Positions 26,291-37,900 of a stretch of 64,000 nucleotides of DNA are shown here, in pieces (position 1 is the first letter of the stretch; each line of letters starts with the position of its first letter). Both the position numbers and the translations under genes were made by a program. The stretch spans positions 73,222,001-73,286,000 of the forward strand of contig NC_043003.1 of assembly GCF_006345805.1 (NCBI RefSeq), in the 5' to 3' direction. This DNA comes from Octopus sinensis (Eukaryota). The notes under the pieces are model-generated. The model was not told the DNA's origin. It did not search any database and was given only the letters and a program-made list of their open reading frames with translations.

Positions 26291-27499
26291 TCTTCAAAAC
26301 TTGTACTAAGAACAAGTAAAGGTAAAATTACTACCTGCTTTTATAGCAAGTTGATGCAGATAGTTATTCCATCCACCTCTTCATGCAATTGAAAAAGCCA
26401 CATTATTTATAGGATGACACACAAAGCTCCACAAAGCTCCAGAAATATTTATAACAGAATAATGTTCCCTCATATAGGACGATGGTAATATTACATACAA
26501 ACAATTAATTTACTTGACTAATTGTCACAAAAACTGTCATTAGCACAGTTAACATGCTTCATTGCCGCTTTTTCTACCGATATTATCTCTGCTTCTCCGA
26601 CATTGCCGGTCATGTGTCATCTTCACACACGCTCTCCTTTCGTCATTCATACTGACCATCTGCGACATTCCACACTAGCTGCTTCACACGTTATTTTTAC
26701 CAGTACCGCGTGGATTTCTGTCCATCTCAATGTTTCCATTGCATTTGTCAACTAGTGTAGTTGATAAAAGAGAACATGAACAGCAACGATTCCACTAGTA
26801 ACGTAGAAAAGCTAAGGTATTTTGACACAACCTTTATGCCAGGAACAAGAAACTCTCACCTCAAACTAAAATTCAATACTTATTCAGCCAATATACTTTC
26901 ACAAACATTTTACCCAAGAAATAAGAATCTATTACAATGAAGTTATTTCGTTTTTGCATTGTTGATGATACATTTATTTTTCCTATAATTTAGTTTTTAA
27001 ATCAAAGTTTAATATTCATGAAAAGAGCTGATATCTAAATGATGAGGCTATCTACATAACGAATATATCGATCATACAACATTTTCAACGTTTATACACG
27101 TTTATCACTTTGATATTAACTTCAGTTTTCAACACCCCACATAAAAGAAAATCATTATATTTCTTTTATCTTATGTGCGTGTGTGATTGTGAGTGTGTGT
27201 GTACGTGTGTAAGTGTATGTGTGTGTTTCCCGCTCCACATTAATATCCCTTTAGGTTTTATATAATGGCAGCATCAGAGAATTTTTTAAATATAGAAAAA
27301 GTAAAAAAAAAAGCACAACGTATAAAAAGCAACAAAACATACTTTAATAATTTATGTGGATGTGACGTTTATCTCAGCTAGAAACGACTAAAAAATGTGA
27401 CATTGCTATGCAAAAGAATGGACAGATAAAAATGAGAAAAACAGTACAGATGTAACTACGCAAATACACACTCACAGATAAGTGTATCCTCAATTACAC

Positions 27500-27528
27500 T
27501 CACATCACACACACACAAACACACACAA

Positions 27529-27597
<69 letters not shown>

Positions 27598-27710
27598 CAT
27601 TTACATATACAGGCAGAGAGAGAGAGAGAGAAAGAGGAGCAAAGAAAGATATCCTTATCGACATGCCCAGTGATCTATATACAGTATGAGAGATGAATAA
27701 ATTGACAGTA

Positions 27711-27754
<44 letters not shown>

Positions 27755-27962
27755 TATATATATGTGTGTTTGTATACATAAATATATGTCTATAATTGTC
27801 TATCTATTTATCTATTTATCCATCTATTTATCTATCTATCTATCTATCTATCTATATACATATACATATATGTATATGCATATGTATATATATGTGTGTA
27901 TATATACATATGCATATACATATATGTATATGCATATGCATATGTATATATAATTGTGTGTG

Positions 27963-28045
<83 letters not shown>
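27500..28045. repeat. Compound (CA)/(TA)/(GA)/(TATC) microsatellite cluster
   Basis: Direct reading of the sequence. Confidence 0.95.
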
Positions 28046-28046
<1 letters not shown>

Positions 28047-28753
28047 AGCAGACGCACTGCTTTCTATTGAATTGACTTTTATCGTTTATGAAAAAATAGT
28101 CGAAAAATATTCCGTTGCTGTAAATTTCTAGCACATTCTTCTCTCCAAATGCATAAATATATAAATCACTTATACATACACCCCCCACCCACCAGAAAAA
28201 AACCCTCAACAATAACGACATCCACAACATATTTACAATTACAATAATATCATATTTTTGCCAAAAGCAAAAATATAGCTGAAAACGCCACAAAATTTAT
28301 TCTTAAATAATTCTGTTTAGAAATGGAAAAAGGATGAAATGAAAACAACAAGAAATATACAACTGAAAACAATATCATTGTCGTTGTGAATTGAAATATT
28401 AATTCTGCCATGTTTCAGCTTGTCTTAACTGAAGTTAGAAAATGCTTCGCTTATTTGAGAATCACGCAATCGAAAAATTATCTTTAATTTTTTCTTATTA
28501 TAAACAATACATGTGTTTGACATTTTGCCAATAATCCATTTGCTCGGTTTTCAATGTTTGCCAAGTGAAGGGATCATCCCGAACAAAAGTAGACACGATA
28601 AGATCACGAGATTTCGATTATAGCATATGTCGACACTGTTTCACCCCCTCTCTCTTTTATACTCTCTCTCTCTCTCTCTCTCGCTCTCTCTCTCTCTGTC
28701 ATCGTAAACATACATACTGACAATACACACAGAGAACGTTTATCTATCTATCT

Positions 28754-28759
<6 letters not shown>

Positions 28760-28801
<42 letters not shown>

Positions 28802-28858
28802 CTATTTATCCGTCTATGTATGTATGTATGTATGTATGTATGTATGCATGTATGTATG

Positions 28859-28915
<57 letters not shown>
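28760..28915. repeat. (TA)n/(TATG)n microsatellite
   Basis: Direct reading of the sequence. Confidence 0.95.
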
Positions 28916-28917
<2 letters not shown>

Positions 28918-29119
28918 AATATTGGTGGCTAATTCGCAATTTTACAACCTAAAAGCCGAAATATACACGTCACTAAAGTGACGCAGTGTGTGTGGTTATA
29001 CATGCATACATGCACACACACACACTCTACCTCGCTCACACACGCACACACGCAACTCTCTCTCTCACACACATGCACACACACATACACATATACATAT
29101 ATATTCATGCACATATACA

Positions 29120-29339
29120 TTGGGGGGTGCATAATTATTGCGGCCTTTTTTTCAACAAATTTTATTCAACAACAACAGAAACAGTATTTAGCAGAAACAT
29201 CTGACCGTCTGCCAAGCAAATAGAAAGCAGTGATTGGTGTTGATGGTGAATATGCTCCGGAATAATCATTTAAAGATGCTTTGTTTTTGTTGAATAAAAT
29301 TTGTTGCAAAAAAGCAGCAATAATTATGCACCAACCCAA
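29120..29339 (+). mobile_element. Mariner-derived MITE (220 bp) with ~50-bp TIRs
   Basis: TTGGGGGGTGCATAATTATTGCGGC..CAACAAATTTTATTCAAC is mirrored by GTTGAATAAAATTTGTTG..GCAATAATTATGCACCAACCCAA|TA. Internal DRLPSK*KAVIGVDGEY matches a mariner C-terminus. Confidence 0.88.
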
Positions 29340-29349
29340 TATATATGTA

Positions 29350-30461
29350 TTTCAACTACATACGTGGAAAATTGGTGTGTGCCTGTTTGTGGCATTGTTA
29401 GCTAACTCCTTCTACATCGCTTTATTGATTTTGATGAAACTTGACATGTGAGTAGAATTCATGTCTGGAAACCTCGCGACATACTTAGATTGTTGAAAAA
29501 AATTAATAATGGGACCTCTACCTCATATAGCTATTTTGTTTTTTTAAACATCCAAGGGAAATAACCCATAGTTACTGTACTATATTTTTTAAACTCACAA
29601 AGGAAATAATCCATTTTATTGTTTATGTTCGATTACTTTAAATATTGATTTTTTGTGTGTCCTATTTCTAATTTTTGCAGACAATATCACTTTTATACTT
29701 TATTTGACACGTGAATAACACTCATGTCCGGAAACCTCGTGAGATACTTAGATTGTTGAAAACATCGATAATAGGGCCCTTCCAGTGGATCATTCTATCT
29801 ACTACATATTACTAATATTTTATTTAAACAAGCCAAGGGAAATAACTCATATCATCTGCAGATTTAAGGGAAGTGATCAATATTTGATTCTCACGATCAG
29901 CCAACATAAAGATTATTATTGCACTTCCTTAATTTGAATATTAAACCTTACAGACTTCACTTATGCATTTCTATACATGCATACGTTTTTGAATGCCCAT
30001 TACTCTGATAATTTTGCATCTTAACAGTTACACTTTTCCATGGCAGTAGATAAATTTTTTACTCCACAACGTATTTGTAGTGGCTTCCTGCAGGTATAGC
30101 GTGGATTCGATCCTCGATTGAGAAATTTCACTTACCACTTCAACGGCGCTTTCTTCACGGTAAAACAGTAGTTTTTCTGTGAATGACAGCAGTTATACAT
30201 TTCCCAGATGCCTTCACTAAGCAGATTAATGTCTTTGCCTCTCATCAACCTCCGACAATCTTTCTCGCCAACCTCCAAAATCCTCTCTCGCCAACTTCGA
30301 ACAATCTCTCCCTCAACCAGCTGACAGTGTTTTGTTCTTTTTCGTGACGGAAAATACACCTTTTGTGGGAGTTATAACGAAATTACTTTCTTATATCAGA
30401 GTAATAAGGCGTTTCAATAGAACATCTTTAACCCCCGGGAATTACCGGGTACACCAGCTAG
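29350..30461 (+). mobile_element. Non-autonomous Helitron
   Basis: 3' hairpin CCCGG-GAATTA-CCGGG followed by CTAG|T (30458-30462); internal direct repeats (CATGTC.GGAAACCTCG.GA.ATACTTAGATTGTTGAAAA near 29460 and 29725). Confidence 0.7.
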
Positions 30462-30463
30462 TG

Positions 30464-30528
<65 letters not shown>

Positions 30529-31169
30529 TATACATAAATAATATTTTCAAAAACAAACGCGAAAGGTTTTGCGAGTTACGAATATCTCACCAACATACAT
30601 AAATATACATTTATACACGTATAAATGTGTACACTGTGTATTCCTCTTGTATTTTAGAAATTATGTTTTATTGCATATTTTAAGTTTATTGCATGACGAC
30701 AATTTAGTCTTCGCGTGATAGCTTTGCCGTAGAAGTTTGAACAGAGCAAATATATGGTAACATATCTTTCTAAGAAGTTACAACCTAATATACCCTGAAT
30801 AATAACTTCCGTTTCTTTTACGAAGAGCATATTAACAGGCAATCAGCTTTTTAATTAACATTTTACATACTCATGAACATTTTAAGGATATAATTTTGAT
30901 GTGTCTTCTACTATAGGTCAGGTGGTTAAAATGTCCACTACTACATGATAAAGTTATATTAACGGTATTTATCAAAATTAAATGTTAGCAGTAGCCTAGA
31001 TCAGATCAGATATTAGGAATACAATATTATCTACGGTGGTGCTCTATTTTAAATTTGTAAGCTGATGTATTTTACTTTTGCTTTCTCGATGCAGTTCATA
31101 TCCTGTTCATATCTTAATACGTGCAATAAACATTTCTCAGTTATACACAACGTTACAAATTTGGGGTGA

Positions 31170-31350
31170 GGGTATTAATCGATTAAATTGGCCTCAGTAC
31201 TTGACTAAAGTTCTATTTTATCGATCGTGTACGAATGAAAAGCAGAGTAGACCGTGATGAATTCTGATTTCAGACCTAACGTTGTAATTATGTGTGACAA
31301 ATCTTTTTGACCGATGCTCTAAGAATTTTGCTAGTCTAATGCCTTATTTA
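31170..31350 (-). mobile_element. Decayed tRNA-derived SINE
   Basis: ATCGATTAAATTGGCCTCAGTACTTGACT..TTTTATCGA..GAATGAAAAGCAGAGTAGAC resembles the reverse complement of the 63.8-kb SINE. Confidence 0.6.
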
Positions 31351-31429
31351 ATCTACTACTACTACTAATAATAATAATAACAACAATATTAAGTGTTTCA
31401 AATTTTGGCACAAAGCAAGCAATAAACTA

Positions 31430-31551
31430 ATACTTATTTTATCGACACGGAAGGAGGGAAAGCAAACTCATCGTGGTGGCATTTGAACTCAGAACGTGAA
31501 GGTAGAATTTTTTCCGGCCTGCTAACGGTTCCGTCAGTTCGTTGCCTTACC
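31430..31551 (-). mobile_element. tRNA-derived SINE fragment
   Basis: TACTTATTTTATCGAC..TTTGAACTCAGAACG..GCTAACGGTTCCGTCAGTTCGTTGCC. Confidence 0.7.
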
Positions 31552-32639
31552 AATAAAAATAATAATAACATTGTAATATTCATTTAGTAACATTTCAAAT
31601 TTTGTTCAGTATGATCTCTTATATCATTGACAAAGATTGGTTATTTTTTTGGTTATTATTAGATTTGTGTCATGAAATTTGGGGACATATATGTTGTAAG
31701 ATGTTTTATAGGAAATGTATGCGATGGTTCGGGGATGTGCTGATAATAAGTTATTATAAAACTGAACACACATAACAGTTTTATAGTTTGTTTTATTTCG
31801 TGACATAATCTGTGATAAATAACACGTAACTCAAACATTTGATGTGTGTAATTTTATTTAGATTACAGTCTATTTCTAAATTCAAATACGATATAACTGA
31901 TTATTCAACTTTTCTTTAAAGTAATTCTTTTTTCAGTTATGGCATTTATTTATCTCTTCTTATTTTTTCCCCATTTTTACCATTTTTTCTGTTCTTACTT
32001 CTTTTTCTCTGTAATATTTCATGCTTTTACTTTTTATTGTGTATTTATCTTTGCAACCAACATATATTTTTAAAGACATTTAATTTTCTTCAGTTTTTGT
32101 TATCATATTAACAAAATAGCAATCCTTTGTTATCGCTTATATATACACAAGTAGTTTTTTTTTTAAGTAATATAGTGTGATTTTGCTAATGAGATCGATA
32201 GATTCAGACATAAGTTGCAATGCATTCACTGACGTTGAATTACTTATTATTGATGCTCTAATAATATACATATGTAAGATATTACATTTGCTTTTCATAT
32301 GCACACATACATATCCATAGCTAAATGTGTATGCATGTGTATTTGTGTGTGTGTGCGTGTGCGTGTGTATGTGTGTATTTGTTTGTATGCATATATATTA
32401 GATATTATGCATAAACATGCGAGGATGATATAAACATATATACATAGGTATGTTACTATACGAGTTTTACACGTGAGTTTGTGCTGTCTGTGTATTTGTC
32501 TGCGGATAAAAACGTAAGCACGTATGTAAATTGGTGTTTGCATATTCTTTTCATAATATATATATATTATACAAATGGATATATGCATATGGATATGAGC
32601 ATCTGCATACATAAATGTGTATGTTTATGCAAGTATATA

Positions 32640-32910
<271 letters not shown>

Positions 32911-33004
32911 TATATATCTATCTGTGCGTACGTGCACTGAAGGGTATAAACTAGTTCATGATAACGGTTACTTCTCAGTTCATTACAACATTCTTGGCTT
33001 CATC

Positions 33005-33098
33005 TGCCTGGCACCTTGGGCAAGTGTTTTCTGTATTAGCTCAAGGGTAACCAAAGCCTAGTGAGTTGATTTCGTAGATGGAAACAGAAAGAAGCCTG

Positions 33099-33101
<3 letters not shown>
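33005..33101 (+). mobile_element. SINE fragment (major family, same as 41.2 and 59.0 kb)
   Basis: GGCACCTTGGGCAAGTGT..ACCAAAGCC.AGTGAG..GATTT.GTAGATGGAAACAGAAAGAAGCC is the reverse complement of the core at 59185-59280. Confidence 0.8.
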
Positions 33102-33143
<42 letters not shown>

Positions 33144-33769
33144 GTACATAGTTTTGATAAGGTTTTTCAAAAACTATAACATGTAAGAGAAAACCAAAAC
33201 ATTCTTCTTTTAATGTATTTTTTTAAAGGAAAATTAAAATGAACCCAATTTTAAGAAAGTACAGTTTTCGTTCTTCTTTTTTATAAATATCTACTTACTC
33301 GTATGTTACCTCTGCACATTGTTATATATACATATACATATATATATATTTCGTTTTTAGATTTGGTTTGCCAGATTCTTTATTTGAGTTCGTGTGTTGA
33401 AGCATATTCTGTTGTGTCTGGGGAGAGTCATTTTCATTTTGTGCCTTATAATTTAACATACTCACCGGTAAAATTTCCACTTATTTCTTCTTATTATTTT
33501 CTTAAACATTTTATTGCGTCTTACAACCTTCTCAGTACCATCACACCACAATACACACCACTACACCATACGCCACCTTACCACACAACACCACATCACA
33601 TCACATCACACCACCACGCACACACTAGCACTCACCATTTCCCAGCCCCACATGTACACAGCTACACATACACACAGGCACACGTCAAGGTCACCAGCCC
33701 ACTTCCACACGCACATACATGCTCTCTTATACACACGGAGGCGCATCTTCATTTTGGGATCACCACTAC

Positions 33770-33995
33770 TTTATTGTCTCCCCTTCTTCCTAGCTCTGCT
33801 GTGTGACCACTCTGTCCGGCATTCGCCATGTTAGATCGCTAGCCACTACATATTCTGTATTTTCTCTCTTTGTTTCTTTCTGTGTTTCTTTCTGTGGAAG
33901 AGCACAGGCTCGAAACGTTAAAGACATTTTCACTTTCCGAGCGTTAAACTAATACATCTATTTGTTGTCTACATCACCTGTCTTCGTCTTTTGTT
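33770..33995 (+). mobile_element. Penelope-like 3' terminal (pLTR) fragment followed by (TA)n
   Basis: GAAGAGCACAGGCTCGAAACGTT..CCGAGCGTTAAACTAATACA..CACCTGTCTTCGTC..GTGAATTCTCTCCC|(TA)n; hammerhead-bearing terminus typical of PLEs. Confidence 0.7.
33887..33924 (+). ncRNA. Minimal type I hammerhead ribozyme-like motif
   Basis: TCTTT-CTGTGGA-A-GAGC-ACAG-GCTC-GAAA-CG-TT-AAAGA. Helix I TCTTT/AAAGA, perfect 4-bp helix II, palindromic AACGTT helix III, A6U core variant. Confidence 0.65.
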
Positions 33996-34011
33996 CTTTT
34001 GTGAATTCTCT

Positions 34012-34055
<44 letters not shown>

Positions 34056-34285
34056 TTCAACCACGGTTGCGGCTGAATACATTCTTTAGTCCACCATTTC
34101 GTCAACCGCAGCTGCTTCCCAGCTTCACCATTAATTCAGTTTTCAACTAAATTGCAAATTGTTAACAGCGTTAAAGAGGACAACTACCCACTTTGGCATA
34201 AAGAGTTTGTGTTCTGGTTCAGTAGAAAAAATTTACATAAAAATATCTGCATAAAAATATTGCTAAAATGAATGTTTACGTTCTA

Positions 34286-34410
34286 AGGTGGCGAGCTGGC
34301 AAAACATTAGCACTTCAGGCGAAATGCTTAACGGTATTTCACCTGTGTTTATGTTTTGAGTTCAAATTCCGCCGAGATCGACTTTTCCTTTTCTCCATTT
34401 TGGATCTATT
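34286..34410 (+). mobile_element. tRNA-derived SINE fragment
   Basis: GGTGGCGAGCTGGCAAAACATTAGCAC..GGCGAAATGCTTAACGGTATTTC..TGAGTTCAAATTCCGCCGAGATCGACTTT. Confidence 0.8.
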
Positions 34411-35369
34411 CAATTTGACGTACAGATTATATAAATAATTTCTTTTTGGAACTAAATACTTTGAAATTTCCGATACTGGTACAGTGTGTCACATACAACA
34501 AGGTTTACTCTTAACGGTTTTGACAAAATTTTATATTTTAGAAGTTATTTCGTCACAAGTTACAGAGTGACAATGGACAAATTCGTGTTTGCTAAGTGCC
34601 AATACACGAAACTCTCAGTTTTTGACTTACTCTCTAAATCCTGACGATGATGTATATACCTATTATACATATATGTGTAAAAAAACCTCACCACGCAATC
34701 AAACCAATGAAAGAACCTCTACATTGTCACTTGACACGCTAAAAGTAGCAGCCAATATATCGCCCTGCCCAGTATTTTTTAAGTTAAAATCCTAAATTAT
34801 TTATTGATACATTATTAATTATCTTATAACAGCAATGCCTGGAAAAATCATGGATTACATGGAAAAATGCGAGCGTGAAAAGTAATGTTCTTAAAATTAT
34901 AAACCTGGAATAGTACAGGACAAGTTATTACACCTGTAAAAGTATAGGACAAACGATTATTCAAGTAAAGTAAAGAATAAAAATCTTTTTACTCAAAATA
35001 TTGCAGTTAAAATTACAACTTGAATATTAAAAAAACATTCTATTATAGTGTACAAATAACACTATGCTTATTTAAGTAGAATTTGGCTAATTTACTAACT
35101 TAAATACAGAAAAAAGTGACTAATTAGACAAACTTACAAATTAACTGAACAGTTTTGTACAATAAATTTAAAAGATGAGAACTGTAAAGAGTGATAAATT
35201 AGAAGAACTGGCATTCTTTGCTGCAATATTTTAAGTAAGAAGTTTCTTATTCTTTACTTTACTAGAAGTGATAGTTTGTCCTATACTTTACAGGTCTAAT
35301 AACTGGTCCTGTACTTTTCTAGGCTTATAATCTTAAGAATATTACTTTTGAAGCTGGCATTTTTCCATG

Positions 35370-35411
<42 letters not shown>

Positions 35412-35480
35412 CTCAGAAAAAAAAACAAGGAGAGAAACAAGGAGAGAAAAAAATGTGTGTAGTGGCTACCGATCGATCAT

Positions 35481-35555
<75 letters not shown>
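35370..35555. repeat. Two (TA)n microsatellites
   Basis: Direct reading of the sequence. Confidence 0.9.
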
Positions 35556-35559
<4 letters not shown>

Positions 35560-35569
35560 TTCTTATCTT

Positions 35570-35745
35570 TTATTCGCTTCAATCATTTGAATTGAATACA
35601 GCCTCAACAAATTTTAGTCGAACGGATCGACCCCAGTGTTTATTTTAAGCCTGGTACTATTCTATTAGACTTTTTTGCCAAACCACTGACCTACGGGGAG
35701 AGGACAACAAAAACACTAATTGTCAACTGGTGGTTGCGTGGTGTA
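35570..35745 (-). mobile_element. SINE 3' fragment
   Basis: TTAGTCGAACGGATCGACCCCAGTG..AAGCCTGGTACT.ATTCTAT..TTTTGCC.AACC matches the copies at 41.2 and 59.0 kb. Confidence 0.7.
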
Positions 35746-35939
35746 AGTGTGTGTGCGTGCGTGTGTGAGTGTGTGTGTTTGTGTGTATGTGTGTGTGAGT
35801 GTTTGTGAATGTGTGAGTGTGTGTGTGGATGAGTTGGGTTGGGGTGCTTTGATTGTGTCTTTGTGCTCTACCACCGCTGACAACCTGCGCTGGTGTATTT
35901 ACGTTCTTTCAAAGACAGCGATGGAATAAGTAGCAGCCT

Positions 35940-36045
35940 TCCCCAAAGTAGTGTTACTTGGGGTCCATTGACCGGGTAAAACCCTTTTAGGTGGTGCTGC
36001 AGTACAACCGTAGTCAAATACTGAGACAAGTATAAGATAAAAGAA
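35940..36045 (+). mobile_element. SINE 3' tail fragment
   Basis: GGTGGTGCTGCAGTACAACCGTAGTCAAATACTGAGACAAGTATAAGATAAAAG resembles the reverse complement of 58951-59010. Confidence 0.65.
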
Positions 36046-36629
36046 AATTGCCGATACTGCAAGAATATCCATCCGCAACGACTCGAAAGCTATTTTGGCG
36101 CAGCTGTTGTCAGAAATGCATAAGGTGCAGAAACAAATAGCTCAAAAAATTGCTTCCGATGCGGTAACATTTCAGCCAACCAGCTTTCTAAGACGCGTAT
36201 ATTATTTTTCAGCCCCGAATTATAGAAGACAACTTGATATAGAAACAGAATATAATATCAGAGTATTCTCTCCGGTAGTTTAACGACTCTTTACTATTAC
36301 ATTTGCGACTATATAATAGAATTTCAATCCAGCCGAGGTTGAAATTTCTTCTCATTCTTTCGGTGGAAGTAAAATATTGTACCAATGATATGCTAAGCTT
36401 GATAAAGTCTGTAACTCCATATTGGCCTATTGGATAGTTAAACATCATTATTTTATGAGAATATTTCCAATTAATACGCAATATATAATTACGCGCACGT
36501 ACAAGCAACAACCCGCCCACCCATCCATACACACACACAATACACTCTTTCTAGCGTATTGAGTTCTATATCACATAATGCCTGCACTATGTAATATATA
36601 TTATTGATACAATATACTGCTGTTACAGT

Positions 36630-36651
36630 TTATATATATATATATATATAT

Positions 36652-36743
<92 letters not shown>
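36630..36743. repeat. (TA)n-(GATA)n microsatellite
   Basis: Direct reading of the sequence. Confidence 0.95.
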
Positions 36744-36744
<1 letters not shown>

Positions 36745-37409
36745 GTCCTTGTACATTTGTACATAAGTGTGTCCTTTCCTGCCAACTTTCTTTACACACA
36801 TTCTCCTATATTTGCACATAATCAGACACAGGGTTGCGCACATTCATATAGAAATACATTTGCTACTTATAGATTTATAATTCCATGTACCGATAATTGA
36901 AAATTGTCAGTAACCTATAAATAGTTATAGATGTTAATGATATTATGAATCTTTCAGGCGTTCTTCTCCCATCCGAAAGTTTACCGACCAATTTACAATT
37001 ACTATACATTGCATGCTGTATCTATTGGTTAAATCAAATATCTGCAACGTAATGGAATTAAAGCAGGGTTACAGACGAAAAAAGAATGTTATAAATAAGA
37101 TAAATCTGATTAGATCAAATCTGATATAACAATTTAGTATAGCCGTAATTATATTATCAATGGAATATATAACATTTCCATCTTCATTGAGTTTAAGGTA
37201 TTCGAAGCAAAGTGGTTGCATTTAAGACACTTATCTCAGCTAATGTCATAAATAGCGGTGATTACAGTTCAGTTTATATATAGAAATATATTACATTATA
37301 TTACACTAGGAACAGAAACAATATACTTCAGAGTTATGTATTAGCATACAATGAAACTCATGATAACTACTAAAGTGAACTCGAACATGGTCAATGAGCT
37401 TTCAATAAA

Positions 37410-37900
37410 CAGCAACTCAAACTCCCTCGGAGCATAAATGATCTTGATTATTGGAACTGCCTCAAAATATTGAAACTTAATCCTCTCCAGCGCCGCCGTG
37501 ATCGCTACATCATGTGCAAAATATGGAGATTATACCACAAGCACTGCCCAAACGACGTTAACTTTAGATTCAGAATTCAACCAAGGCCGGGGCCACGTGC
37601 CATACGTCCCCTAAACAATTCAGGATCACAACATAAATTCACTGCAATACTATTTCTTTTCCCAACAGGCCCTGGTTATTAATATCCCAAAACAAATCAA
37701 AAAAGAAAAAATATACCATCGTCTTCAAACGAAACCAGTTAAGCCACCTATAACTGGTTACATCTCGGTTAACAATTCCCTAATTGAATGGGCAATGATG
37801 CTATAAAACTTGACTTAAAAACGACTCAAAAGATCCTATCAGGTGGTGCTATTAAGATACATGTGCTCTGGCTCGATCTTTAGCCGAAACATCTAAGCAC
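37410..37900 (+). mobile_element. CR1-group LINE 3' end (RT C-terminus and 3'UTR)
   Basis: LDYWNCLKILKLNPLQRRRDRYIMCKIWRLYHKHCPND..GPRAIRP..GP..NIPK.IK; NNSLIEWA. Confidence 0.8.

Noticed and set aside
34580-34690. CTGACGA followed by a 7-bp hairpin, and a nearby hairpin-GAAAC
   Set aside because: Each half lacks the other core strand in the right order.
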